44,483 nucleotides of DNA. Source: a virus. Taxonomy: Duplodnaviria > Caudoviricetes. Below, piece after piece: positions 35,709 through 43,915 of the stretch. Made by a program: the position numbers and the translations under genes. Below the pieces are notes generated by a model that searched no databases, had not been told where the DNA came from, and saw nothing but the letters and a program-made list of their open reading frames with translations. Each line of letters begins with the position of its first letter. Positions within the stretch are counted from its first letter, which is position 1. The stretch spans positions 1 to 44,483 of IMG/VR virus record IMGVR_UViG_3300032257_000028; one strand, given 5' to 3'.

Positions 35709-37669
35709 GATGCCTCCCGGAACTCGCTGGCAGCAGCGAGGGCGTGGTCATTGGTGGTGGTGAGGGTGATGCAGGGCACGGGCCGCGGGAGGATCTGGCC
35801 CCCCACGTCCTGGGTGCAGTCGATGAACAGGGGCAGCTTGGGTGCCTTGGCGGCCCGTCGGAGCCCTGTGCGGAGCCACACATCGGCGACGACCTGGCGG
35901 CCGGTGCTGGCGAGGTGCCAAGGCCGGCCATCGACGAGCACGGCTGCGCCGCCCTTCTCGTTGAGTTCGAGGGTGACCGGCCCGAGGTCACCGAGGGCGC
36001 CGAGCTGGCGGCGGACCGACTCGGAGGGCTCACGCCGCACCGCGGCGACCAAGGCCTCGAGGCGCTCCAGCTCGATGGTCAGCTCTGCGATCTCGCCGCC
36101 GGCGGTCGCGATCTGCCGCTCGACCATCGCGATGTCCTCGCGGAGCTGGCGGGCCGCGCCATCCGCGTGCTCGTGGTCGGCGAGCACTGCTTTCGCCTGG
36201 GCGATCAGGTCCGCTGGCGGACGAGGCGACGAGGGCTCGGGTGGCGCCGGGACCTCTGCCGGGATCGGGGGACGACGGCCGAGCGCCTTCCGCTCACGGT
36301 CCCACTGGACCCCCGGCGAGCTCGATGCGTCGGCGAGCTGCATCGTCGCCTGGCTCACCCGCTCGTCGGCTGCCTTGACCGCTTCCTTTGCGGTCTTGAC
36401 CTCCGGCCCGATGGCATCAAGGCGCGCCTTTGCCTTCTCGGCCCGCTCGCTCTCGAGCTTCACCAGGCGCTCCTGCTCCCGGATGAACTCCGCCTCGGCG
36501 GCCGCGACAGCTTCGGCGGCCTCGCTGGCCTCGCGCTGCACTGCCGCGAGTGCACCGTCCCATCCCGGGCGCTGGCATGTAGGGCAGACATCCGAGACCG
36601 CCTCGAGAGCCTGCTGCGCGTCGATCTGGCGGCGCTTCGCCCGATTGATCGAGTCCGACATATGCCGCGGCGGATGGCCGACCTGACGGGGCTTGACTGC
36701 GTCCTCCAGATCGGAGCGCTCACGCTCTAGCGTATCGAGCGTCTTGACCGCCTCGCGGGCTCTACGGTTCGCCGAGTCCCGCGCCTTGCCCAGCGCGTCG
36801 AGGTTGGCTTCGTCTGCCGGCCGATCGCCAAGCGCTGCGAGTCTCGCGTCCCACTGTCCTGCCCGCTCCCATGCGAGGTACACCGCCTTCCCGGATTCCA
36901 GGGCACGGGCTCGCCCGGCGTCTCCCGCTGCCCATGCCTTCTCGACTCGGAGGGTCTCGATGGACTCCGCGACGGATGCCGCGTCCGGGCGCTCTTTGAC
37001 TTCGGTCTCGTCCAGCTCCGTCCGGCTCTCCTCCAGGCCTACGAGCTTGCCCTTTGCCCGCTCGAGGTGCTGCCGGCATCGGCGCCGGAGGTCGATGGCG
37101 TCGGTCTGGTTGATCGGGTCGTGGGGACCAAGCTCGAAGCCGAGCTCGTTCATGATCTCCGCGATGATCTCCCGCTTGGTTCCGATGGTTGGGAGCGCCT
37201 CGTTGAGGAGATTCCGGAACTCGCGTCCGCCGCCGGCGGTGAACGTGAGCGGCAGCCAGGCCAGCGGAACCAGGATCGTGCGGAGCACATCGATCTTGCC
37301 GCCCATCCACTTCAGCGCGCCCAGCCAGTCCTTCTCGGTCCGGTATTCGTGGGTCGAGCCGTCGCGCTTGGTCATCTGCCGGAAGGTCTTGCCTCGGCCC
37401 TTCTCCGTCTTCGTGAGCGTCCGGGTCAGGGTGGTGCCGCTCCGAAGGGTGAGGTCGACGCGGACCTCGTCGCATCCATCCCGGATGGCCCGGACATCCA
37501 GCGCCTTGCCGGTGCGGCCCTGCCCCCACATGGCGAAGCAGATGGCATCGATCACGGTGGACTTGCCGGCCTCGCTGGGCCCCGTGAACGAGGTACAACC
37601 GGCCGCGTCCATGTTCAGAGCGGTGTGCGTATGCGGCCCCAGGCCGCGGATTTCGATGTGGGTATACAT
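35705..37669 (-). CDS. Rad50/SbcC/SMC-like ATPase with zinc hook
   Basis: Walker A GPSEAGKST, long coiled coil with central CPTC, C-terminal ASTGRQ signature and LFIDC. Confidence 0.85.
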   Translation of the reverse strand: MYTHIEIRGLGPHTHTALNMDAAGCTSFTGPSEAGKSTVIDAICFAMWGQGRTGKALDVRAIRDGCDEVRVDLTLRSGTTLTRTLTKTEKGRGKTFRQMTKRDGSTHEYRTEKDWLGALKWMGGKIDVLRTILVPLAWLPLTFTAGGGREFRNLLNEALPTIGTKREIIAEIMNELGFELGPHDPINQTDAIDLRRRCRQHLERAKGKLVGLEESRTELDETEVKERPDAASVAESIETLRVEKAWAAGDAGRARALESGKAVYLAWERAGQWDARLAALGDRPADEANLDALGKARDSANRRAREAVKTLDTLERERSDLEDAVKPRQVGHPPRHMSDSINRAKRRQIDAQQALEAVSDVCPTCQRPGWDGALAAVQREASEAAEAVAAAEAEFIREQERLVKLESERAEKAKARLDAIGPEVKTAKEAVKAADERVSQATMQLADASSSPGVQWDRERKALGRRPPIPAEVPAPPEPSSPRPPADLIAQAKAVLADHEHADGAARQLREDIAMVERQIATAGGEIAELTIELERLEALVAAVRREPSESVRRQLGALGDLGPVTLELNEKGGAAVLVDGRPWHLASTGRQVVADVWLRTGLRRAAKAPKLPLFIDCTQDVGGQILPRPVPCITLTTTNDHALAAASEFREAS

Positions 37670-38544
37670 CAGGGGTCCTCCTCTTCGTCGTAGGTGAGAT
37701 CAGGCTCAGGAATGGTTCGCTCGGGCGCGGGGGCCCGCTGTTCTTGGCGGGCCGGGATCGGCTCCCTGGTGGGCTCGACTCCAGCGAGCTCGTCCTCATC
37801 GAAGACCGGGTCCTCGCTGATGGCCGGGAGGTCCTCGGCGTCGATGACGACTCGGTCATCACGGACGACCACCGGCGCGCCGTGCTCGACCGCGAATTCT
37901 GTTGAGAGCAGCTCCCACAGGTCGCGGGACTTCGGCGCGCGCTTGAGGGCGCGATTGATCACGCTCCGGCGCCGCATCTCGTCCGGCCAGTTCTTGTACG
38001 CCGGCGACAGCTTGCCGCGGTTCCGGCGGGCGGAGTCATCGCGGATCTGCTCGAAGTCACGCTCGGTGAGCAGCTCGACGAGCGGGTCTGTCATCCCCTT
38101 GACGCCGATACTTGCCCAGGTGCAGAGCACCTTCCCGCGGTCCCTGCGCAGCTCCGGCTGGTGGGAGATCGTACCGCTGGCGAGGTCCAGGGCGAACTGG
38201 TCGTTTTCGTAGACCACTGCCGAGCGGATGAACGCGATCCGACCGGACCGATAGGCGAGCTCGATCTTCCCCTGCGCGCCGATCATTGGCGTGCACTTGC
38301 TCTTGAACGGGACCAGGAACGCCTGCTGTCCATGACCCCCGATCTCGAGCCCGAGGTTCAGGATGTACAACACCGAGCTGTAGACCGATTGCGGATCCGC
38401 ATTCCGGAGCGTCCGGTTCGACGCGAGCGCCATGGCGACGCTGGTGCGGATGTTCTCCCACGCGAGGATCCCCCGCATGGTCTTGGGAATGACCCGCAGG
38501 ATTGTGTCCTGTCGAGAGTCGAGTAGAGCCAGGGCCGCTTTCAT
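37669..38544 (-). CDS. recT: RecT-family single-strand annealing protein
   Basis: LGLE...QAFLVPF, IGAQGKIELAYRSG, VVYENDQF, WPDEMRRRSVINRALK. Confidence 0.92.
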   Translation of the reverse strand: MKAALALLDSRQDTILRVIPKTMRGILAWENIRTSVAMALASNRTLRNADPQSVYSSVLYILNLGLEIGGHGQQAFLVPFKSKCTPMIGAQGKIELAYRSGRIAFIRSAVVYENDQFALDLASGTISHQPELRRDRGKVLCTWASIGVKGMTDPLVELLTERDFEQIRDDSARRNRGKLSPAYKNWPDEMRRRSVINRALKRAPKSRDLWELLSTEFAVEHGAPVVVRDDRVVIDAEDLPAISEDPVFDEDELAGVEPTREPIPARQEQRAPAPERTIPEPDLTYDEEEDP

Positions 38545-39422
38545 TGGGCCTCCTTGGTGATGGTGAGTTTGTTGCGGTTCCAGCGGACCTTCCCGCCGGC
38601 CCATCGCAGGCCGGGGGCGTCGCCGATGGAGGCGCGAAGGATGTTCCGCTGACGCTTGGCGTCGGCGGTGATGTCGGCGATCACGCGCTCGGTGCGCACG
38701 ATGTCGTCGCAGAGCGCGACCTCGTTGGGAGTGGCGATCCGGAAGTCGGCGTAGCTCTTGCCGGCCTCTCTGGGATGCAGCTCGCGGAGCCCCCGTGAGC
38801 ACTCCGTGGAGTCATCGATCGGCGGATGCTCGCCCTCGATGATGTGCCGGTCCCACCAGGTGGTTACCGCGTCGAGCAGGCGGCGCTCGATGTCCTCGTC
38901 GCGGTGGATGGTGTAGAGCTTCCGCACCGGGACCTGGCGGAAGAAGGCCGCAACGTGCCACTCGTCGACATCCGTCACGGCCATGCACGCCCGGGCCTGG
39001 AGCTCGTAGTAGAGCGGCGGCGCGTCCCAGGGTCGGTAGCCGTGAGCGACCTTGCATTCGACGCCCTCCCAGATCCACGCCGACTGCCCCTTGAAGCAGA
39101 TCATGCCGTCGGGTGTCGTACGGAGCGGGGCAGTCGGGTGCGCGACGGACCGCGACATCGGGGTGACCGAGTCGGCGCCGGCGACATCGGCGGCCCATTC
39201 GAGCAGCGGACCTTCCAGCCAGTGCCCGATCTGCATCTGCGCCGAGCCCTCGTATTCGTCCGGCTCTCCTCGCTTGCTCGCCCAGACGTGCCACTCCCCG
39301 CCCCAGGGCGAGCAGTCCACGGCCGGGTCGCCTCCGACAGCCGCGACGATGCTCGGGATCTGCCCGAGGTCGGAGCCGCCCAAGCCGAGCTGGCGGTCGC
39401 GAAGCCATTCGAGCCGGCTCAC
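38541..39422 (-). CDS. YqaJ-type (lambda exonuclease-like) recombination nuclease
   Basis: WLRDRQLGLGGSD, GHWLE, TPDG, VECK, YYELQ. Confidence 0.92.
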   Translation of the reverse strand: MSRLEWLRDRQLGLGGSDLGQIPSIVAAVGGDPAVDCSPWGGEWHVWASKRGEPDEYEGSAQMQIGHWLEGPLLEWAADVAGADSVTPMSRSVAHPTAPLRTTPDGMICFKGQSAWIWEGVECKVAHGYRPWDAPPLYYELQARACMAVTDVDEWHVAAFFRQVPVRKLYTIHRDEDIERRLLDAVTTWWDRHIIEGEHPPIDDSTECSRGLRELHPREAGKSYADFRIATPNEVALCDDIVRTERVIADITADAKRQRNILRASIGDAPGLRWAGGKVRWNRNKLTITKEAQ

Positions 39423-39625
39423 TTCTGCACCACGAGCTCGCCCGGGGCAGCCAGGGCCTGCACGAGATCATCGCGCAGCTCATCGATGAGGCGGTCCTGA
39501 AGCTCGACCTGCTCCGCCAGCCCCGCGTTCGCGTTGCGCAAGGCCGCGAGCTCGGCCAGGTACTTCTGCGCGACCGCGTACCAGTAGGCGGACTGGGTTT
39601 CGCCGTTGGCAAGGTTGCCACTCAT
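39419..39625 (-). CDS. Small coiled-coil hypothetical protein
   Basis: Coupled 68-aa ORF. Confidence 0.6.
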   Translation of the reverse strand: MSGNLANGETQSAYWYAVAQKYLAELAALRNANAGLAEQVELQDRLIDELRDDLVQALAAPGELVVQK

Positions 39626-39699
39626 CGCCCCACCGCCTTCGACACCGCGACGAGCGCGAAGAGGGACAGGGACAGCACCTCGAGAATGATCGCGTCCAT
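39622..39699 (-). CDS. 25-aa transmembrane peptide
   Basis: MDAIILEVLSLSLFALVAVSKAVGR; TGATG and ATGA overlaps. Confidence 0.55.
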   Translation of the reverse strand: MDAIILEVLSLSLFALVAVSKAVGR

Positions 39700-40013
39700 C
39701 AGTTGCCCGCCTTCATCGCGGCGGCGAGCATGTCTCGCTGGACCCGGGCGCTCCGGTCGGCGTGCCGGAGCCTCATCAGGTAGTGGTCGACCTCGGTTCG
39801 GAGCTGGGCGATCCGCTCCAAGAGGGCGGCGGCGTTGCGGTCAGCCGCTACGAGGTCGGCCGCGAGGCGCTCGTTGTCCGCTTGCAATTCGCCGACCTGG
39901 GCGAGTAGCTCGGAGCGGGAGCGGGGGCGCTCCTTGAGGACGGTGTAGCCGGCGTCGACGAGGGCTTTCTCGGCGGCGCAGCGGGGGCTTGGTGTTGGGG
40001 CTGAACAGGACAT
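39699..40013 (-). CDS. First gene of the leftward operon, coiled-coil hypothetical protein
   Basis: GGAG RBS, downstream of the pL-like promoter. Confidence 0.6.
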   Translation of the reverse strand: MSCSAPTPSPRCAAEKALVDAGYTVLKERPRSRSELLAQVGELQADNERLAADLVAADRNAAALLERIAQLRTEVDHYLMRLRHADRSARVQRDMLAAAMKAGN

Positions 40014-40021
40014 GTGCTCTC

Positions 40022-40084
40022 CGCAAGTTTGTCTTGCGAGACCACTGTAAAGGTGTCCAGTTCTGGCGGCAAGTTAAACTTGCG
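40022..40084 (-). promoter_or_regulatory. pL-like sigma70 promoter flanked by two 17-bp operators
   Basis: TTGCCG-N17-TACAGT on the - strand; CGCAAGTTTGTCTTGCG at 40022-40038 and GGCAAGTTAAACTTGCG at 40068-40084. Confidence 0.75.
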
Positions 40085-40088
40085 ACTT

Positions 40089-40460
40089 TCAGCGCATGAG
40101 GCCCAATCGCTCCATCATGGTAGCGATGATCTCCTGATCGTCCGGCGCAGCCATCTCGAACGCTCGGGCCAAATCGATGGTCCTTGGCGCCAGCAATGCG
40201 ATCTCTCTTGACGAGTTCACCTCGACGAGGTCGACCACAAGCTGCATTCCCAGGACCCGGGCCCAAGAGGCGAACTTATCAATGCTCGGATGGGTCTCGA
40301 AGTTCTCCCATTGGCGTACCGCTTCGCCGGAGAGCTTCGCGCGCTCGATGTCCTCTGCGATCTTGTTGGCCGCCTTCTGGAGCGACCATCCGCGATCTTC
40401 ACGTTTCGCTTTGAGGATCCGCCTCAAAGCCCTGCTTCTGCCTGTTCGTTCCTGCACCAT
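40089..40460 (-). CDS. XRE-family cI-like repressor
   Basis: LKAKREDRGWSLQKAA...SGEAVRQWENFETHPSID; divergent from a cro-like gene. Confidence 0.85.
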   Translation of the reverse strand: MVQERTGRSRALRRILKAKREDRGWSLQKAANKIAEDIERAKLSGEAVRQWENFETHPSIDKFASWARVLGMQLVVDLVEVNSSREIALLAPRTIDLARAFEMAAPDDQEIIATMMERLGLMR

Positions 40461-40482
40461 GCTCCCAATGTATCGGGTTCCG

Positions 40483-40523
40483 CGCAAGTTAGACTTGCGG
40501 GGCTTGGGGTCATCGAGTAGAAC
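40483..40523 (+). promoter_or_regulatory. oR-like operator and pR-like promoter
   Basis: CGCAAGTTAGACTTGCG at 40483-40499; TTGCGG-N17-TAGAAC. Confidence 0.65.
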
Positions 40524-40555
40524 CATCACAAGTATCTCTTGTACGGGGTGTCCGG

Positions 40556-40837
40556 GTGAAGTTCAACACGGTGGCGAACTGGTTCAAAGCTAAGTTGGAA
40601 TCGATAGGATCCCCTCGGGTCGACGATCTCCGAAGCCAGCTCGCCGAGCTCGGCGTGGACGTGTCTCCGACGACGATCGCGAACTGGAAGCACGGCCACA
40701 ACACGCCGAAGCCGCAGCACCTCGCTGGCTTGTTCGAGTTCTTCTCTGCCAGCGAGTATGAGCGGAACGAGGTTCGCATCATGTGGATGCGCGAACGCGA
40801 GTCGGCCGGAACGACGCGGGCCGCGGACGCAGCGTGA
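40556..40837 (+). CDS. Cro-like HTH protein
   Basis: LAELGVDVSPTTIANWKHGHNTPK. Confidence 0.75.
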   Translation: MKFNTVANWFKAKLESIGSPRVDDLRSQLAELGVDVSPTTIANWKHGHNTPKPQHLAGLFEFFSASEYERNEVRIMWMRERESAGTTRAADAA

Positions 40838-41115
40838 ACCCTCTACGGAAACCGCATGATGAATGCGCCGCCGGTCATGCTGCCGCGCTCGGTCAGGCTC
40901 TGCTCGTCGATGGCCTGGCCCTGGGGAGCGACACCGGCGCCTTCCAGCGTCGCCTCGGCGAAGCGCTGGCCGACAACGAGCTGACCCCTGACGAGCTCGA
41001 CGAGCTCGACGAGCTCGAAGAGCTGCTCGGGTGCCTGGCTGATCGCGTCGCCACGATGCGCGCCGCCTTTCTCGCCATGCGGCGCGGAGAGTCGGTGCGC
41101 GAAGTGAGGTCCTGA
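40834..41115 (+). CDS. Hypothetical protein (CII-like position)
   Basis: GTGA overlap; ALADNELTPDELDEL. Confidence 0.55.
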   Translation: MNPLRKPHDECAAGHAAALGQALLVDGLALGSDTGAFQRRLGEALADNELTPDELDELDELEELLGCLADRVATMRAAFLAMRRGESVREVRS

Positions 41116-41189
41116 TGTTCGCCTTTGGTGTGCTCGTTGGATTCACCCTGGCCGTAAGCGGCCTCACCCTTACCTGGTGGCTCGCGTAG
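41115..41189 (+). CDS. 24-aa transmembrane peptide
   Basis: MFAFGVLVGFTLAVSGLTLTWWLA; GAGG RBS and TGATG overlap. Confidence 0.5.
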   Translation: MFAFGVLVGFTLAVSGLTLTWWLA

Positions 41190-41209
41190 CCGCCCAACCC
41201 GGAGGACTC

Positions 41210-41551
41210 ATGTCCAGTTTCCGAATGGAGGTCGGGCGATTGTCGCTCGGCAATATTTCCAGTCAGCTCGAGGAGCAGTTTCAGCATGCTCTTGCCGAGA
41301 TCGTCGAGCACTTCGCCGACGAGACCATCCGCCTTCAGCCGAACAGCCGCTCGGCCGAGGTCACCATCAAGCTGAAGTTCACCCATGAGATCGACTCCCG
41401 CGCGACCTTCGTGACGACCTCCGTCTCGTCGAAGCTGCCGAAGTACCGGCAGGTGAGCCGTCCGCTCGTGCTGCCTCGCGGCGGCGCGCACATCCTCATT
41501 GAGAAGGAAGACGTTCAGGACAACCTCTTCGCGACGCAGGTGGACCAATGA
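41210..41551 (+). CDS. Phage protein, partner of the downstream DUF2303-like gene
   Basis: GGAGG RBS; EVTIKLKF...VSSKLPK pattern. Confidence 0.65.
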   Translation: MSSFRMEVGRLSLGNISSQLEEQFQHALAEIVEHFADETIRLQPNSRSAEVTIKLKFTHEIDSRATFVTTSVSSKLPKYRQVSRPLVLPRGGAHILIEKEDVQDNLFATQVDQ

Positions 41552-42363
41552 TCCGGGAAGCCATCCAGTACATCGCGGCCATGTCCGGGCCATCCGTACA
41601 CACGGCGAACAACGGCCAGGTGGCGATCACCCGGTCGGACTCTCAGGCCATCGAGTACCTGACCACCCCCGCCCGTCGTCGCGCTCACGTGCTCTACGAC
41701 CTGGCGGACTTCAGCGACTTCATCCAGTCCCGGGCGGACTCGACGGCGGATGTCATCTTCGACTCGTCGAAGCACCGAGCGGTAGCGGACTTCGCACCCG
41801 GACAGCAGGTCGCGGCGTCCGATGTGATCTCGTGCCAGATCCAGAAGCATCCACGTCTGGCGCGGTGGCTGTCCGTCTTCGGACAGCAGCTCGAGCACAA
41901 GGAGTTCTATCGGCTGTTTGCTACGGCCGACGATGCGGACTTCAGCGGACTCGACGAGGTCGCCGGAGCCACGGTGCGTGAGCTGATCGCGTCGAACTCG
42001 CGGCAGCTCCAGGTGAACAAGAGCAAGGACTTCAGCACCGAGCTCGACCCGCGCGGCTTCTACAAGGTCCGGTCGCAGAACGACGCGAACCAGATCACCA
42101 TCAAGTTCCCGACCGAGTTCACCCTGTTCCTGCCTTGGTACATCGGGCGCGAGCTCGAGGACATCGGCTATGCGATCTCGGTGCTGATCGAGGTGGAGCT
42201 CGACGAGAAGCGCGGTGTGGTCTTCACGCTTCGCGCCCCGTCGCTGAAGCTGACCGAGCAGCAGGCTGCGCGGGATGCCGTCGGCCTGCTCCGGAAGTGG
42301 CTCCCTGACGACTGGCTGGTCGTCCAGGGCATGCACGACGCCAAAGAGGTCGAGGTCTACTGA
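41548..42363 (+). CDS. DUF2303 (YfdQ)-like protein
   Basis: DFSDFI...AVADF...W....QQLEHKEF...FPTEFTLFLPWY, in the typical two-gene arrangement. Confidence 0.6.
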   Translation: MIREAIQYIAAMSGPSVHTANNGQVAITRSDSQAIEYLTTPARRRAHVLYDLADFSDFIQSRADSTADVIFDSSKHRAVADFAPGQQVAASDVISCQIQKHPRLARWLSVFGQQLEHKEFYRLFATADDADFSGLDEVAGATVRELIASNSRQLQVNKSKDFSTELDPRGFYKVRSQNDANQITIKFPTEFTLFLPWYIGRELEDIGYAISVLIEVELDEKRGVVFTLRAPSLKLTEQQAARDAVGLLRKWLPDDWLVVQGMHDAKEVEVY

Positions 42364-42953
42364 TGGCCATCGGGCAGCCACACGATGAGCTCGAGAGGCA
42401 CTTCACTCCAGAGCGCCTCGCCGAGCTTTGCATCGATCGCTTGCAGAGCTGGCACGAACCCATCGTGATCGAGCCGTCCGTCGGCGACGGCGCGTTCATT
42501 CCAGCTGCCCGGCGTCGGTGGCCTGGCTGCTCCATCATCGGGATCGACATCGACTACGGGGCCAAGGGTTTGCACCTGGTGGACTACGCGATTGTCGAGC
42601 CCTTCGAGCAGGTGTCCGTCCTGGAGCTCCGCCGCCTCGTGCGCGAGCTCGAGCGCCAACGGGGCAGGCATCGCCCTCTGATCTCCATCGGGAACTCGCC
42701 TTTCTCGATCGCCGCCTCCCACCTACAGCAAGCCTTTCGCATCGGGTGCGTCGAGGTGTCCTCTATTCTTCCTCTTGCTGTCGGTGAGGGCTGCGGACAG
42801 TGGAAGGACATGGTCGACCATCATCCGCCGGAGTGGGTCGATCCCATCGAGGGGCGGCCCTGGCCGGCCATCGTCCGCGGAACCGGTCAATGGACCTGGA
42901 GCCGCTTCCCCGGTCAGTACCGCTGGCGGCCCATGATCCGGGGATGGCGGTGA
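42363..42953 (+). CDS. Small DNA amino-methyltransferase (orphan)
   Basis: HFTPERL, motif I IEPSVGDGAF, GIDID, motif IV variant GNSPF. Confidence 0.8.
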   Translation: MAIGQPHDELERHFTPERLAELCIDRLQSWHEPIVIEPSVGDGAFIPAARRRWPGCSIIGIDIDYGAKGLHLVDYAIVEPFEQVSVLELRRLVRELERQRGRHRPLISIGNSPFSIAASHLQQAFRIGCVEVSSILPLAVGEGCGQWKDMVDHHPPEWVDPIEGRPWPAIVRGTGQWTWSRFPGQYRWRPMIRGWR

Positions 42954-43105
42954 TGCACGACCACCGCGATCTCGTCGAGTGGCGCTACCTCCTCGAGGAG
43001 CGCATCGGAATGCTGCTCAACGACGGCATGCCCGAGCCGGAGGCCGAGGTGATCGGCCGCGAAATCGTCGAGCAGCTCTATCGCGACTCGAAGGGGGCCC
43101 GATGA
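42953..43105 (+). CDS. Hypothetical protein
   Basis: LEERIGMLLNDGMPEPEAE; coupled on both sides. Confidence 0.6.
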   Translation: MHDHRDLVEWRYLLEERIGMLLNDGMPEPEAEVIGREIVEQLYRDSKGAR

Positions 43106-43911
43106 TCTGCGAGTTCTGCCTCGGTCTTGCCACCTGCGAAGTGACGGCCCCCAATCGCTTCCGGGTGCCCGAGTGGCATCGGGTCTGCACTCGCCACCTC
43201 GAGGAGCACCAGAAGGCGTATCCGTCGACGGTGACGCGCCCTCTGCCCTCCAATCGGCCGCCACCGGACGCCACTTCGTTTCGAGTCAAACCAACCCAGG
43301 AGCCACAAATGCCCACCTTGAAGGAACAAATACTAGAGTTCATCCGAACGAATCCGAACGCCAAGTCGGTCGAGATCGCAGACGGGCTCTCTACCCAGGC
43401 TCGGGTGATCTCTTCCATGCTGACCCAGCTGTACCGGACCGGCATGGTCCGAAGGCTCGGCGAGCGTGCTCATGGCTATCGATACACCATTTCGGGGGCG
43501 TCAGGCTCTCCTTCCAAGTCCATCACTCCCGCGGTGACGCCCCCGAAGGCTACGCATCCGTGTGGTGATGGCCCGACTGCTCCGGTCGGTAACCCGTCCT
43601 CGTTGCAAGGTCGGGAGGAGCGCGTGGTGCCCGAGACGCACCCACCAGGAGAGGATGCCCCCGCGTCTTCTCCTGGTGTCCCACCTCGGGCACGATCGAA
43701 GGACGTGCCCTCTCTTGGTGCTCCACAGCAGCAACGTACGAAAGACGTACTGCATATGGAGTGCAGCGTTCGCATGGTCCCTCCAGGGAAGGTGACGCTC
43801 CGTCAGATCGAGAAGGCTGTCCAGGCCCTCGTCGGCGATGCCTACACCGACCTCGGTGACACCGGGCTCTCCATCGTGTTCGCCCTCGGGCGTCTCGCGG
43901 AGGCTCGCTGA
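43102..43911 (+). CDS. Cys-rich N-terminus plus winged-HTH protein (internal start at 43309)
   Basis: CEFC...C...CTRH; after AGGAG, MPTLKEQILEFIRTNPNAKSVEIADGL...LYRTGMVRR. Confidence 0.65.
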   Translation: MICEFCLGLATCEVTAPNRFRVPEWHRVCTRHLEEHQKAYPSTVTRPLPSNRPPPDATSFRVKPTQEPQMPTLKEQILEFIRTNPNAKSVEIADGLSTQARVISSMLTQLYRTGMVRRLGERAHGYRYTISGASGSPSKSITPAVTPPKATHPCGDGPTAPVGNPSSLQGREERVVPETHPPGEDAPASSPGVPPRARSKDVPSLGAPQQQRTKDVLHMECSVRMVPPGKVTLRQIEKAVQALVGDAYTDLGDTGLSIVFALGRLAEAR

Positions 43912-43915
43912 CCTC

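Larger units (their letters stand above)
1360..41261. promoter_or_regulatory. Dispersed 14-bp palindromic sites YGGMAANNTTKCCR (candidate parS-like/ParB-binding sites)
   Basis: Exact copies start at 1360, 3766, 5466, 9334, 14136, 18198, 21684, 29063, 35690, 39607 and 41248; near-match at 23916. The motif is directly seen; the function is inferred. Confidence 0.75.
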
